A stretch of DNA of 64,000 nt. Source: Pseudomonadota bacterium (GTDB lineage Bacteria > Pseudomonadota > Gammaproteobacteria > GCA-001735895). Location: positions 10,707 through 74,706 of the forward strand of contig JADFMY010000001.1 in assembly GCA_022563685.1 (NCBI GenBank). Direction: 5' to 3'. Shown piece after piece: positions 51,570 through 61,317 of this stretch; position 1 is the first letter of the stretch; the number at the start of each line of letters is the position of its first letter. The position numbers and the translations under genes are program-made. Below the pieces are notes generated by a model. It saw only the letters and a program-made list of their open reading frames with translations. It was not told the DNA's origin and did not search any database.

Positions 51570-53045
51570 ATGCCGATACTTAGCCCAAGATCCTGGCCAG
51601 TGGCGATAAAGCTATCGCTCACAATCACGGTCTTTGTGGCTTCGGTTGGATTCATGATCGGTGCGGTGATGGTGGTACAGGACTCGACCCGCTTTCACGA
51701 TGCATTGGGTGAAAAGGCTCTTCTATTGTCTGAATCCGTTGCCATCACCGCCCCCAGGGCAATGCTGCGCAAGGATTACTGGTCTCTCTATCAAAGCCTG
51801 AAGAATATAGCCGCCAGAAGAACAGGAACAGGCGGATCTCATGAAATCATCACGGCGATGATACTTGATGCGGAGGGTCTCATTCAGGCGCACCTTCAAC
51901 CCGCTGGAAATCCATTAGGTCTTATTTTTTCACCCACAGGCAAGCTTGAACAAGAACTCTTAAGGCTCGCCATGAGCGCAAGAAAGCCCATCGTGTTAAG
52001 CAGGGGTGGTTTTTCGGAAACAGGCTTCGTGGAGGGTGTTGTCCCACTCTTCTCCGATCAAAAGTATATGGGTGTGGCCCGAGTCCGGTTATCGGTAGTC
52101 CTATTATATCAAAAGGCTAAAAACTCGGCGCTCATCGTTCTTCTCCTGGTATTCTTTTTCGTCATTATCGGTAGTGCTCTGGGCACCATCGTTTCCAGGC
52201 GTATAGTCAAACCTCTCACAGCAATCACCCAGGGACTGGAAGCGGTCGGTCGAGGTGAAATGACCGATTTTGCTCCGGTACCAGTAGGGGACAGGGATGA
52301 AATCGGTCGTCTCAGCTTCACCTTCAATCAGATTATGTCGGAATTGGCGGAAAAAAAGATGCTTGAAGAGGAAATCGCGATGAGCGAAAAACTGGTTGCT
52401 CTCGGTCGCATCACGGCAGGTGTTGCGCACGAGGTTAACAACCCCCTTGCCGGGCTTCTGAACTGCATCGACACCTTGCAAAAGCATCCTAACGATCAAA
52501 AGCTGATTGATCGTTACTTACCGGTTATCGATCAAGGTCTGCACAGAATCAAGGACATCGTTCATGCCCTGCTTGTTGGGCTTAAGATTGAAGAGAGCGA
52601 TGAAAACGTAAGTATCGAACACATCGATAAACTACAGGATCTCATAACGGCGGAAATTGGGGACAGGGATATAGAAGTCATCTGGAACAACCGTGCTGAT
52701 AAAGGTCTGAATATCCCCGGCAAACTTGAACAGATCGTGTTTAATCTTCTGAAAAATGCGCTGGAGATACTTCCTGATAGCGGCAGGATTATTTTCAACA
52801 TGTATCAAAAAGGGGAATTCCTGGTCATCGAAGTCAGCGATAGCGGTCCTGGGATTCCCTCGAGTATCAGAAATCAACTGTTCGACCCTTTTTTCACCAC
52901 CAAACCCAATGGTACCGGATTAGGACTCTGGGTGGTGTATCGCCTGGTCCAGAGTATGCGGGGAATCATTGAAATAGAGAGCGAGAAGGATCAAGGCTCC
53001 ACGTTCCACGTTTCTGTACCAGTGATAAGAGCAAAGGTGGCCTGA
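51570..53045 (+). CDS. sensor histidine kinase (2 TM, HAMP, HisKA, HATPase_c), AioS-like by context
   Basis: H-box AHEVNNPLAGL, DSGPGIP, GTGLGLWV. ATG at 51570 (track TTG at 51549). Confidence 0.85.
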   Translation: MPILSPRSWPVAIKLSLTITVFVASVGFMIGAVMVVQDSTRFHDALGEKALLLSESVAITAPRAMLRKDYWSLYQSLKNIAARRTGTGGSHEIITAMILDAEGLIQAHLQPAGNPLGLIFSPTGKLEQELLRLAMSARKPIVLSRGGFSETGFVEGVVPLFSDQKYMGVARVRLSVVLLYQKAKNSALIVLLLVFFFVIIGSALGTIVSRRIVKPLTAITQGLEAVGRGEMTDFAPVPVGDRDEIGRLSFTFNQIMSELAEKKMLEEEIAMSEKLVALGRITAGVAHEVNNPLAGLLNCIDTLQKHPNDQKLIDRYLPVIDQGLHRIKDIVHALLVGLKIEESDENVSIEHIDKLQDLITAEIGDRDIEVIWNNRADKGLNIPGKLEQIVFNLLKNALEILPDSGRIIFNMYQKGEFLVIEVSDSGPGIPSSIRNQLFDPFFTTKPNGTGLGLWVVYRLVQSMRGIIEIESEKDQGSTFHVSVPVIRAKVA

Positions 53046-54445
53046 TGCAGGACAAGATGCAGCAAGGGTTAGATGATGACGATTTCAGTGACTACTGTGT
53101 GCTCCTTGTTGAAGATGATGAAATCATGCGTATGTCACTCGAAGACAGGCTGCACCTCGAGGGGATCACCGTGCGAGCCGTGTGTGACACGGCCAGTGCC
53201 AAAAAGGAGCTTAAAAAAGGAGATATCGACCTTGTGGTTAGCGATATTCGCCTGCCGGATGGCACAGGTATTGAACTGTTTTCCGATATTTCAAACTACT
53301 TCCCCGGCATCCCGGTGATCCTCATGACAGCCTACGGTGATGTATCAGATGCGGTTAAGCTGGTTAAAGCCGGCGCTCTCGATTATCTGACCAAACCTTT
53401 TGATATCAGCGACTTCATTAAGAAAGTGGAACAACATCTATCCCGTATTGCCGATACTCATCTGACATTGGGCACGGGCGATGACAACCGATTCAAACCA
53501 GGTAGCGGGCGCCTCGGTAAGAGTTCTGCAATGCGTAAGCTTGAGCGGCTGGTGGCTCGTCTTGGCAAGAGTGACAGTTCGGTATTAATCACTGGTGAAT
53601 CCGGCGTTGGTAAAGAAGTAGTCGCGATACTGCTCCACAACAACAGTCTCCGCGCCAACAAACCTATGATCAAGGTCAACTGTGCTGCCCTGTCACCGAG
53701 CTTGATTGAGAGTGAGCTCTTTGGTCACGAAAAAGGTGCTTTCACTGGTGCAATACAGCAACGCATAGGAAGATTTGAACAGGCCCAGGGGGGGACTATC
53801 TTTCTGGATGAAATCGCCGAAGTATCACCCGATATACAGGTCAAACTGCTTCGTGTGCTACAGGAGCGTGAGATCGAACGTGTCGGTGGCGTGGAGCCGA
53901 TCGCTCTCGATGTCAGGGTTATCGCCGCGACCCAGGTGAATCTCGAAGAGTCTATCGAGAAGCATGAATTTCGATCGGATCTCTATTGGCGGCTCAATGT
54001 AATTCATGTGGATATTCCGCCCTTGCGCAAGCGCCCGGAAGACATTATCTATCTTGCCAGATTGTTTGTAAGTGAACTGGCGACCAAAACCGGAAGTAAT
54101 ATTAAAGGGCTGTCAAAACAAGCCGAGTTACAGCTTCAATCCATGTCATTTCCTGGAAACGTCCGCGAACTGAAGAATATTATTGAAAGAGCAGTCGCCT
54201 TGTGTGATGCCCCCTGGATCGGCTCCAGTGATCTGCTCGCCCAGAATGACCTGTTGACCCATGACAGTAACCATCCCGATATTAATACCACGACACTGAA
54301 GCAAACGATTGAGGAAGCAGAGCGTCAGGCTATTATCAGCGCATTAGCCGAAAATTGTGGGAAAATAGCCCTGGTAGCGAATCATCTCGGTATCTCTCGT
54401 AAAAATCTTTGGGAGAAGATGAAGCGTTACGGAATCGAGAAGTAA
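53045..54445 (+). CDS. sigma-54-dependent response regulator (NtrC family), AioR-like by context
   Basis: Receiver (LLVEDDE, DLVVSDIRLPDG), GESGVGKE, GAFTGA, and a C-terminal HTH (KIALVANHLGISRKNLWEKMK). ATGA-type overlap with the kinase gene. Confidence 0.9.
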   Translation: MQDKMQQGLDDDDFSDYCVLLVEDDEIMRMSLEDRLHLEGITVRAVCDTASAKKELKKGDIDLVVSDIRLPDGTGIELFSDISNYFPGIPVILMTAYGDVSDAVKLVKAGALDYLTKPFDISDFIKKVEQHLSRIADTHLTLGTGDDNRFKPGSGRLGKSSAMRKLERLVARLGKSDSSVLITGESGVGKEVVAILLHNNSLRANKPMIKVNCAALSPSLIESELFGHEKGAFTGAIQQRIGRFEQAQGGTIFLDEIAEVSPDIQVKLLRVLQEREIERVGGVEPIALDVRVIAATQVNLEESIEKHEFRSDLYWRLNVIHVDIPPLRKRPEDIIYLARLFVSELATKTGSNIKGLSKQAELQLQSMSFPGNVRELKNIIERAVALCDAPWIGSSDLLAQNDLLTHDSNHPDINTTTLKQTIEEAERQAIISALAENCGKIALVANHLGISRKNLWEKMKRYGIEK

Positions 54446-54453
54446 GACTTGTA

Positions 54454-55629
54454 ATGACCCGGCTCACTAGCGAACAGATACTGGGTCGCCTGATTGGATT
54501 CGAGACGACGAGTACCACCTCCAATCTCGAGCTGATCGATTTTATGCGCAATTATCTCGACGATTTTTCGGTCGTGTCCCAACTCGTTCATAGTGACGAT
54601 CAGACCTGCGCCAACCTGTATGCGACTATCGGCCCTGACGATATCGGTGGTGTCATGTTATCCGGGCACACCGACGTGGTACCAACCGCCGGACAGAACT
54701 GGAATAGCGATCCCTATCAAATGAAATCCGATGATCGGGCATTTTTCGGACGCGGCGCCTGCGATATGAAAGGGTTTATCGCCAGTGCGCTCGCTGGTGT
54801 GCCGCAAATGGTGGCCCAGTCTTTGATGACGCCCATACACCTGGCCTTTTCCTACGACGAAGAAATCGGCTGCGTCGGGGTTAAGAAGCTGATCAACGCG
54901 ATGAGGGATTTTGAAGTAAAACCGCGAATCGGCCTCATTGGTGAACCCACCGATATGAAAATGGTGCCTGGCCACAAGGGCAAGGCTGCCTTTCGGGTCG
55001 ATGTGACAGGTTCCTCCTGTCATTCGGCTTACATTTCCAGCGGAGTCAACGCGGTCGAATACGCGGCCGAGCTGATTTCGTTCATCCGTAACATGAACCA
55101 CGAAGTCCAGCAACGCCAGCAGCTCGACGATGGCTACTCGGTTCCACATTCCACCTTCCATGTCGGCAATATCAGTGGTGGCACGGCGCTTAACATAGTG
55201 CCCAAACAGTGTCAGTTTGAATTTGAGGTACGAAACCTGCCGCAGGATCGACTCGATGACCTGGTGCACGAAATACAACGCTACTCGATGGATAAATTGT
55301 TGCCGGACATGCAAGCCCGATTCGAACAAAGCGACATCCAGTTTACCCTTATCTCGCACTACCCTGGCCTGCTCACCGAACTCGATTCGACCGTGATCGA
55401 ATACACGCGATCGATCAACCCGGTAAATGAAATCGGCGACAAGGTCAGCTTTGGTACCGAAGCCGGATTATTCGATCAGCAGCTCGGCATCAATAGTGTG
55501 GTCTGCGGTCCGGGCAGTATCGACCAGGCCCACAAACCGGATGAATTTGTCACTCGCGAACAGATGCAATACTGTGACCGTCTGATAACTAATTTGATCG
55601 ATCGATGCAAGACAGTATTCCCAAACTGA
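54454..55629 (+). CDS. argE: acetylornithine deacetylase (M20 peptidase)
   Basis: LSGHTDVVP...W.SDPY, GRGACDMKG, YDEEIGC, GEPT. ATG at 54454 is preferred because the track start overlaps the regulator gene. Confidence 0.8.
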   Translation: MTRLTSEQILGRLIGFETTSTTSNLELIDFMRNYLDDFSVVSQLVHSDDQTCANLYATIGPDDIGGVMLSGHTDVVPTAGQNWNSDPYQMKSDDRAFFGRGACDMKGFIASALAGVPQMVAQSLMTPIHLAFSYDEEIGCVGVKKLINAMRDFEVKPRIGLIGEPTDMKMVPGHKGKAAFRVDVTGSSCHSAYISSGVNAVEYAAELISFIRNMNHEVQQRQQLDDGYSVPHSTFHVGNISGGTALNIVPKQCQFEFEVRNLPQDRLDDLVHEIQRYSMDKLLPDMQARFEQSDIQFTLISHYPGLLTELDSTVIEYTRSINPVNEIGDKVSFGTEAGLFDQQLGINSVVCGPGSIDQAHKPDEFVTREQMQYCDRLITNLIDRCKTVFPN

Positions 55630-56069
55630 CCCTCGGCTGGCGCGAGTGGGTGGCTTTACCCGATCTGGGGTTGCCCGCGATCAAGGCGAAAGTAGACTCT
55701 GGCGCAAAAACCTCGGTTTTACACGCGTATCACACCGAGCAATATCAAGTTGATGGTGTCGATATAGTGATGTTTCTGATCCACCCGATACAGAAAAATT
55801 ACGACTTTCACGTCGAATGTCACGCGCCGATCATCGATCATCGCGAAGTCAGCGATTCGGGTGGTCATAAGGAAATGCGCTTCATAATCGAGAGCAATAT
55901 CCTCATTGGCAATGCCAGTTGGCCGATTGAATTAAGCCTGACAAATCGTGATACTATGCGATTTCGAATGCTGCTCGGGCGCCGTGCGATGGAAAACAGG
56001 GTCATCATCGAACCTGCTGTATCTTATCTGAATGGCAAATTATATCCTCGCAAGCTATACCAACTCTAA
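55605..56069 (+). CDS. retropepsin-like ATP-dependent zinc protease family protein (RimK-associated)
   Basis: [32 protein letters not shown] ... MLLGRRAM. Lies upstream of rimK. Confidence 0.8.
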   Translation: MQDSIPKLTLGWREWVALPDLGLPAIKAKVDSGAKTSVLHAYHTEQYQVDGVDIVMFLIHPIQKNYDFHVECHAPIIDHREVSDSGGHKEMRFIIESNILIGNASWPIELSLTNRDTMRFRMLLGRRAMENRVIIEPAVSYLNGKLYPRKLYQL

Positions 56070-56083
56070 GCGGAGTCGCAGGC

Positions 56084-56989
56084 ATGAAATTAGCGTTGTT
56101 ATCGAGAAACCGAAAACTGTATTCTTCCCGGCGCATTATCGAAGCGGCGGAGGAAAGAGGTCACGAAATCCAGGTCATCGACGTATTGCGCGCCTATATG
56201 AATATTGCATCCCACAAACCCTCGGTACATTACAAGGGGCAGGTACTGGAAGACTTCGATGCGGTGATTCCACGCATCGGAGCCTCCGTGACCCATTACG
56301 GCACCGCGGTATTGCGTCAGTTCGAAATGATGGGTGTATCGCCGTTAAATGAATCGGTCGCGATAACGCGCTCACGCGACAAGTTACGATCGCTGCAGTT
56401 ATTATCGCGCAAGGGTATCGGTATGCCACTGACGGGCTACGCCAGCAAGCCGGACGATATCAAGGATGTGATCAAAATGGTCGGCGGTGCGCCACTGGTG
56501 GTCAAGCTGTTGCAGGGAACCCAGGGTATCGGTGTGGTACTGGCCGAAACCCAGAAAGCTGCCGAGAGTGTTATCGAAGGATTTATGGGTGTGAAAGCCG
56601 ATATCCTGATCCAGGAATTCATCAAGGAAGCCGGTGGTTCCGACATCCGCTGTTTCGTTATCGACGGTAAGGTTGTGGCGGCGATGAAACGCCAGGCGCA
56701 GAAAGGCGAGTTTCGTTCCAACCTTCATCGTGGGGGCACTTCGAGCCTGATCAAAATCACCCCGGAAGAACGCTCGACTGCTGTTCGCGCTGCCAGAATT
56801 ATTGGGCTAAACGTAGCCGGTGTCGACCTGTTGCGCTCTAACCACGGGCCGGTGGTGATCGAAGTGAATTCGAGCCCCGGGCTGGAAGGGATCGAAGCTG
56901 CGACGGGCAAGGACATTGCCGGGATGATGATCAGCTATATCGAGAAAAGCTGTAAACCGGGTAAAACCAAAACGCGCGGTAAAGGCTAA
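56084..56989 (+). CDS. rimK: ribosomal protein S6 L-glutamate ligase RimK (ATP-grasp)
   Basis: [28 protein letters not shown]..., [26 protein letters not shown]. Confidence 0.9.
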   Translation: MKLALLSRNRKLYSSRRIIEAAEERGHEIQVIDVLRAYMNIASHKPSVHYKGQVLEDFDAVIPRIGASVTHYGTAVLRQFEMMGVSPLNESVAITRSRDKLRSLQLLSRKGIGMPLTGYASKPDDIKDVIKMVGGAPLVVKLLQGTQGIGVVLAETQKAAESVIEGFMGVKADILIQEFIKEAGGSDIRCFVIDGKVVAAMKRQAQKGEFRSNLHRGGTSSLIKITPEERSTAVRAARIIGLNVAGVDLLRSNHGPVVIEVNSSPGLEGIEAATGKDIAGMMISYIEKSCKPGKTKTRGKG

Positions 56990-58054
56990 GTGTCTCATCG
57001 CCAGATACGAACTGAGATATCGATAGCCGGAATTAGTATCAAACCTGGTACGCGCCAGTCGATCGACATTCCACTCCCCAGTTACTACACCCGTAGTAGC
57101 GCGTGCATGCCCATCCACGTAGTTCATGGGCGTAATCCCGGCCCCTGTTTGCTGGTCTGCGCCGCGATACATGGAGATGAAATCAACGGGGTCGAAATCG
57201 TGCGCCGGATCCTGCTACACAAGTCGATCGACCGCATTAAAGGAACCCTGATCGCGATCCCGATCGTCAATGTCTTTGGGTTTGTCTCCAAGTCGCGCTA
57301 CCTGCCCGACCGCCGGGATTTGAACCGATCGTTTCCGGGCTCGGAAACCGGTTCGATGGCTGCTCGCCTCGCAAACGTGCTTATGTCCGAAGTGATACCG
57401 CATTGCACGCATGTCGTCGATTTGCATACCGGCGCCATCAATCGCGAAAACCTGCCGCAAATCCGGGCCAAGGTAATCGATGAACCCGAAACCGAAGCCA
57501 TGGCGCGCGCATTCGGTGTGCCGGTAATATTGAATTCGGAGTTGCTCGACGGTTCGTTTCGCATGGCCGCCCGGGCGCACGATATCCCGGTAATATTATA
57601 CGAAGCCGGCGAAGCCCTGCGCTTCGATGAAGTGGCTATTCGCGCCGGGGTAAAAGGCGTGCTCGGCGTGATGTCGCACCTGGGAATGCGCAGGAAAAGC
57701 CGCGCCCACAGCCATACAAACTGCCTGATCGCCAACACCAGCCATTGGGTGCGCGCACACCAGAGCGGTATCCTGCGCTCGTTAGTCGCAAACGGTGCAA
57801 AGGTAGAAATCGACGAAGTGCTCGCGTATATCAATGATCCGTTGGGTGAAAAAAGCGAACCTCTGTTAAGCCCAATCGCTGGAATTGTAATCGGAAAAAC
57901 CAATCTACCGCTGGTGTTTGAAGGCGAAGCGGTATTCCATATTGCGAAGTACGAAGAATTTACCGACGAGGTCTCTAGTCATATCGAAGCCTACCAGGAT
58001 GAACTCGACCCGCTGAGCGGCGATAGTGAAAGCGGAGAACCGCCGCTGGTGTAG
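56990..58054 (+). CDS. succinylglutamate desuccinylase/aspartoacylase family (M14-like) protein
   Basis: HGDEINGVEI, DLNRSFPG, VDLHTG. GTG start abutting the rimK stop. Confidence 0.8.
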   Translation: MSHRQIRTEISIAGISIKPGTRQSIDIPLPSYYTRSSACMPIHVVHGRNPGPCLLVCAAIHGDEINGVEIVRRILLHKSIDRIKGTLIAIPIVNVFGFVSKSRYLPDRRDLNRSFPGSETGSMAARLANVLMSEVIPHCTHVVDLHTGAINRENLPQIRAKVIDEPETEAMARAFGVPVILNSELLDGSFRMAARAHDIPVILYEAGEALRFDEVAIRAGVKGVLGVMSHLGMRRKSRAHSHTNCLIANTSHWVRAHQSGILRSLVANGAKVEIDEVLAYINDPLGEKSEPLLSPIAGIVIGKTNLPLVFEGEAVFHIAKYEEFTDEVSSHIEAYQDELDPLSGDSESGEPPLV

Positions 58055-58077
58055 AGATCCCCATGCAAGACCGTATT

Positions 58078-59370
58078 TCAGCCGCTTTCAGACGGCAGAG
58101 CCACCGGTATACGCTCTACAGCCTCTTCCTTGATAGGCCAATGCACCACGGCAGCAAAAATACCGAGCGCTACCCCTATCCACCAGACTACATCATAAGA
58201 GCCGGTCCGATCGTAAAGCACACCACCGAGCCACACACCCAGAAAAGAACCGAGCTGGTGCGAAAAGAATACAATCCCACCCAGCATGCCCAGATAACGC
58301 GTACCGAACATGACAGCCACGAGCCCATTGGTTGGCGCCACGGTAGACAACCAGAGGATACCGATCACCACCGAAAACACCACGATCGTAGTCGGCGTGG
58401 CCGGGGTTAATAAAAAGACCGTTATTGCGATGGTGCGGCCAATATAAATCAACGCGAGGAATTTCGGTTTGGAATAGTGCTGCCCGATGATACCGGAGGC
58501 AAGCGAGCCGATGATATTGAAAAACCCGATCAGGCTGATCGCAATCACCGCCCACCGCACCTCTAGTCCCAGGTCACTGATATAGGCGGGAAAATGCGCG
58601 GTAATAAAGGCGACCTGGAATCCGCAAACGAAAAATCCCGAGGTCAACAACCAATACCCCTTATGCGCAAACGCTTCTCTCAAAGCCTCGGCAAACGACT
58701 GCTCGAGTTCTGCGCTGGCAATTTTAGAACTGGCCGTATTACCGCGCAAGGCAATCGCGAGCACCGGTATGATCAACATGATCGAGCTGAGCACCAGCAG
58801 GCTATCTGACCAACCCAAAGAGTCGATCAAGCCTTTAGATATCGGGGCATATAAAAACATGCCTGCCGACCCCGCCGCGGTACCCAGACCAAATACAAAC
58901 GAACGTTTCTCAGCACTGACCAGGCGAGCCAGTGCGGCCAAAATGACGCCGAAGGAACAGGCGGCAACACCCAGTCCCACCAGGACTCCTCCACCAACAT
59001 ACAACCACAGGGGGGTAGCGGCGAATGCCATAGTCACCAGGCCAGAAATGTACAGCACAGCACCGACCGTGAGCACACGCCAGGTCCCATAACGGTCGGC
59101 AATGGCGCCAAAAAAAGGTTGCCCTAGACCCCAACACAGATTTTGCAGGGCCATCGCAAACGCGAATGTTGTCCTATCCCAACCCGTATCCTGTAACATC
59201 GGCAACTGGAAAAAACCCATCGCCGATCGCGGACCAAATGCGATCAACGAAATGATACAGGCGCAAGTTATGGCGACTACCGGGATACTGGGGATCGAAT
59301 TTCGTTTTTTGACTTCGGCGACAATCATAAAATAATCCTGCCATAAAACTCCGGCATCGGCTACAGTCAA
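58078..59370 (-). CDS. MFS transporter
   Basis: ~12 TM helices with MFS-type loops (GAIADRYGTWRV). An alternative start is the ATG at 59328. Confidence 0.8.
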   Translation of the reverse strand: MTVADAGVLWQDYFMIVAEVKKRNSIPSIPVVAITCACIISLIAFGPRSAMGFFQLPMLQDTGWDRTTFAFAMALQNLCWGLGQPFFGAIADRYGTWRVLTVGAVLYISGLVTMAFAATPLWLYVGGGVLVGLGVAACSFGVILAALARLVSAEKRSFVFGLGTAAGSAGMFLYAPISKGLIDSLGWSDSLLVLSSIMLIIPVLAIALRGNTASSKIASAELEQSFAEALREAFAHKGYWLLTSGFFVCGFQVAFITAHFPAYISDLGLEVRWAVIAISLIGFFNIIGSLASGIIGQHYSKPKFLALIYIGRTIAITVFLLTPATPTTIVVFSVVIGILWLSTVAPTNGLVAVMFGTRYLGMLGGIVFFSHQLGSFLGVWLGGVLYDRTGSYDVVWWIGVALGIFAAVVHWPIKEEAVERIPVALPSESG

Positions 59371-59424
59371 TTTCTTAAACCATTGATTATTCGACCTGAT
59401 GACTTTTAACTAAGCAATGAAATT

Positions 59425-59910
59425 ATGAAAATAAAAATACTCTCGACCGGCGGCACCTTTGACAAAATCTACTACGACGCAAAGAGCGATTTCCACATCG
59501 GTGACCCGATGGCGACTCCCATTCTTGAAGAAGCCAATGTCACTTTTGACTACGCGGTGGACTCGATTCTGCAAAAAGACAGTCTCGATATTAACGACGA
59601 AGATCGCGATCTTATCCGCCAAAAGGTACAAGGTGACGGCTGCGATAAAATCGTCGTAATCCATGGTACCGACACCTTGTTGAACACCGCGATGCACCTG
59701 CTCGATATTCGAGGTAAGACCATCGTCATCACCGGTGCGATGCAACCAGCCCGAATGCGCTACAGCGATGCTGCTTATAACCTGGGGGTCGCGACCAGTG
59801 CCGTTCAAGTATTAAAACCCGGGGTTTACGTGGCCATGAACGGACAGATATTCGACCCGAGAACCACCCGGAAAAACCTCGAACAAAGCCGCTTCGAATC
59901 AACCCTTTAA
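59425..59910 (+). CDS. asparaginase-domain protein (short)
   Basis: KILSTGGTFDK ... VVIHGTDTL ... IVITGAM resembles the N-terminal domain of L-asparaginases. Confidence 0.65.
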   Translation: MKIKILSTGGTFDKIYYDAKSDFHIGDPMATPILEEANVTFDYAVDSILQKDSLDINDEDRDLIRQKVQGDGCDKIVVIHGTDTLLNTAMHLLDIRGKTIVITGAMQPARMRYSDAAYNLGVATSAVQVLKPGVYVAMNGQIFDPRTTRKNLEQSRFESTL

Positions 59911-60063
59911 AAAATGGCTCTTCATCCGATGGTGCCACCATCAGGGGAAGAGGCATAAAAATAAATCTCCTCAAGGCCAATATCCCCGAGTCGTACTTGA
60001 CGCCTTAACGATTAACCATTACAACATCAGCTTGCTTCTTCGAATTAGCAGTAATCCCTTACT

Positions 60064-61317
60064 ATGACCATCCGCTCGATCACCAAAATTCTTTTGCCTA
60101 TCCTCGTTATTGCGATTGCGGTCGGCGTGTTTCAGCACTTGAAGGCCAGCAAACCAGAAAGGGAAAAGCCTGAGCTGAAGGAAAAGGTCTGGCAGGTCGA
60201 GGTCATACCGGCACTAGTGCAAAGCCTCAGACCGAGCCTGACACTTTATGGCCTGGTCGAATCACCTGAACTGCTGCAGGCTGCCGCTCCCGGTGCAGGC
60301 ATCATTAGCAAGGTGCTGGTACAAAATGGAACCCGGGTAAAAACCGGTCAGTTTCTGATAAAAATGGATCGACGTGATTTTGAGTATGAACTGGTACAGG
60401 CCCAATCCGACCTGCGGGATATTGATAACCAGATCAGCGAATTGCAGATACGTTACCGTTCCAACCAGCTGGCACTCGAAACCGAACGTGAGCTGTTGCA
60501 ACTGGCAGAGCAGGAAGTGCAGCGCATGCAAAAGCTGCAAAAGCAAAAACTCGGATCCGATTCGGCCCTGAATCAAGCGCGCAGCACGCTGGGTCGCGAA
60601 CGATTATCGGTAATATCTCGCGAGCTCGAAGTCGAGAGTTTTCCTGTACAAATGGGAAAACTGGAGGCCATGCGGGATCTCAACCGATCGAAGCTCAGGA
60701 ATGCCAATCTTATGATCGAGCGTAGCGAAGTGATCGCTCCTTTCGATGGCGTGATTAACGCCGTGGCGGTTTCGGTCGGCGACCGCGTGGACATGGGGCA
60801 GACTCTGGTATCTTTGTATCCGACCGACAGCCTCGAAGTTCGTGCCCACATACCAGCGCGTTATGTGGCTCAGGTTCAACAGGCGCTCGCCGACGGGGAA
60901 GCGCAGCGAGCTAGCCTGATGACCTCCGAAGGCAGTCTGTGGTTAACGCTAAGGCGCCTGGCTGGAGACGCGGCACCGTCCGGAGTCGACGCCTATTTCC
61001 ACGCTGGCGAGGCAAGTCAGGATCTTCGCCCTGGCGCCTTGCTGAAGCTCAATTTCACGCTAGCGAGGCAGGATGGTGTAATCGCGGTTCCTTATCAGGC
61101 CATCTATGGAAATTCCAGACTTTATCTACTCAGTGATAATCGCCTGCAAGGAATAGACGTGGAAACTGAGGGTCAATTTCGCAATAAAGCCGGCGATACC
61201 TTCATGCTGGTGCGAAGCGACCAGATCGATCAGGGCGATATTATCGTTGTCACTCACCTGCCCAACGCGGTCAGTGGTCTGAAGGTCAGGAGTTCAGGTG
61301 ATGCAGCATCGCAATGA
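60064..61317 (+). CDS. RND efflux periplasmic adaptor (membrane fusion protein)
   Basis: N-terminal TM helix, coiled-coil hairpin region, and a lipoyl-like block (VIAPFDGVINAV). Overlaps the RND pump gene. Confidence 0.85.
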   Translation: MTIRSITKILLPILVIAIAVGVFQHLKASKPEREKPELKEKVWQVEVIPALVQSLRPSLTLYGLVESPELLQAAAPGAGIISKVLVQNGTRVKTGQFLIKMDRRDFEYELVQAQSDLRDIDNQISELQIRYRSNQLALETERELLQLAEQEVQRMQKLQKQKLGSDSALNQARSTLGRERLSVISRELEVESFPVQMGKLEAMRDLNRSKLRNANLMIERSEVIAPFDGVINAVAVSVGDRVDMGQTLVSLYPTDSLEVRAHIPARYVAQVQQALADGEAQRASLMTSEGSLWLTLRRLAGDAAPSGVDAYFHAGEASQDLRPGALLKLNFTLARQDGVIAVPYQAIYGNSRLYLLSDNRLQGIDVETEGQFRNKAGDTFMLVRSDQIDQGDIIVVTHLPNAVSGLKVRSSGDAASQ

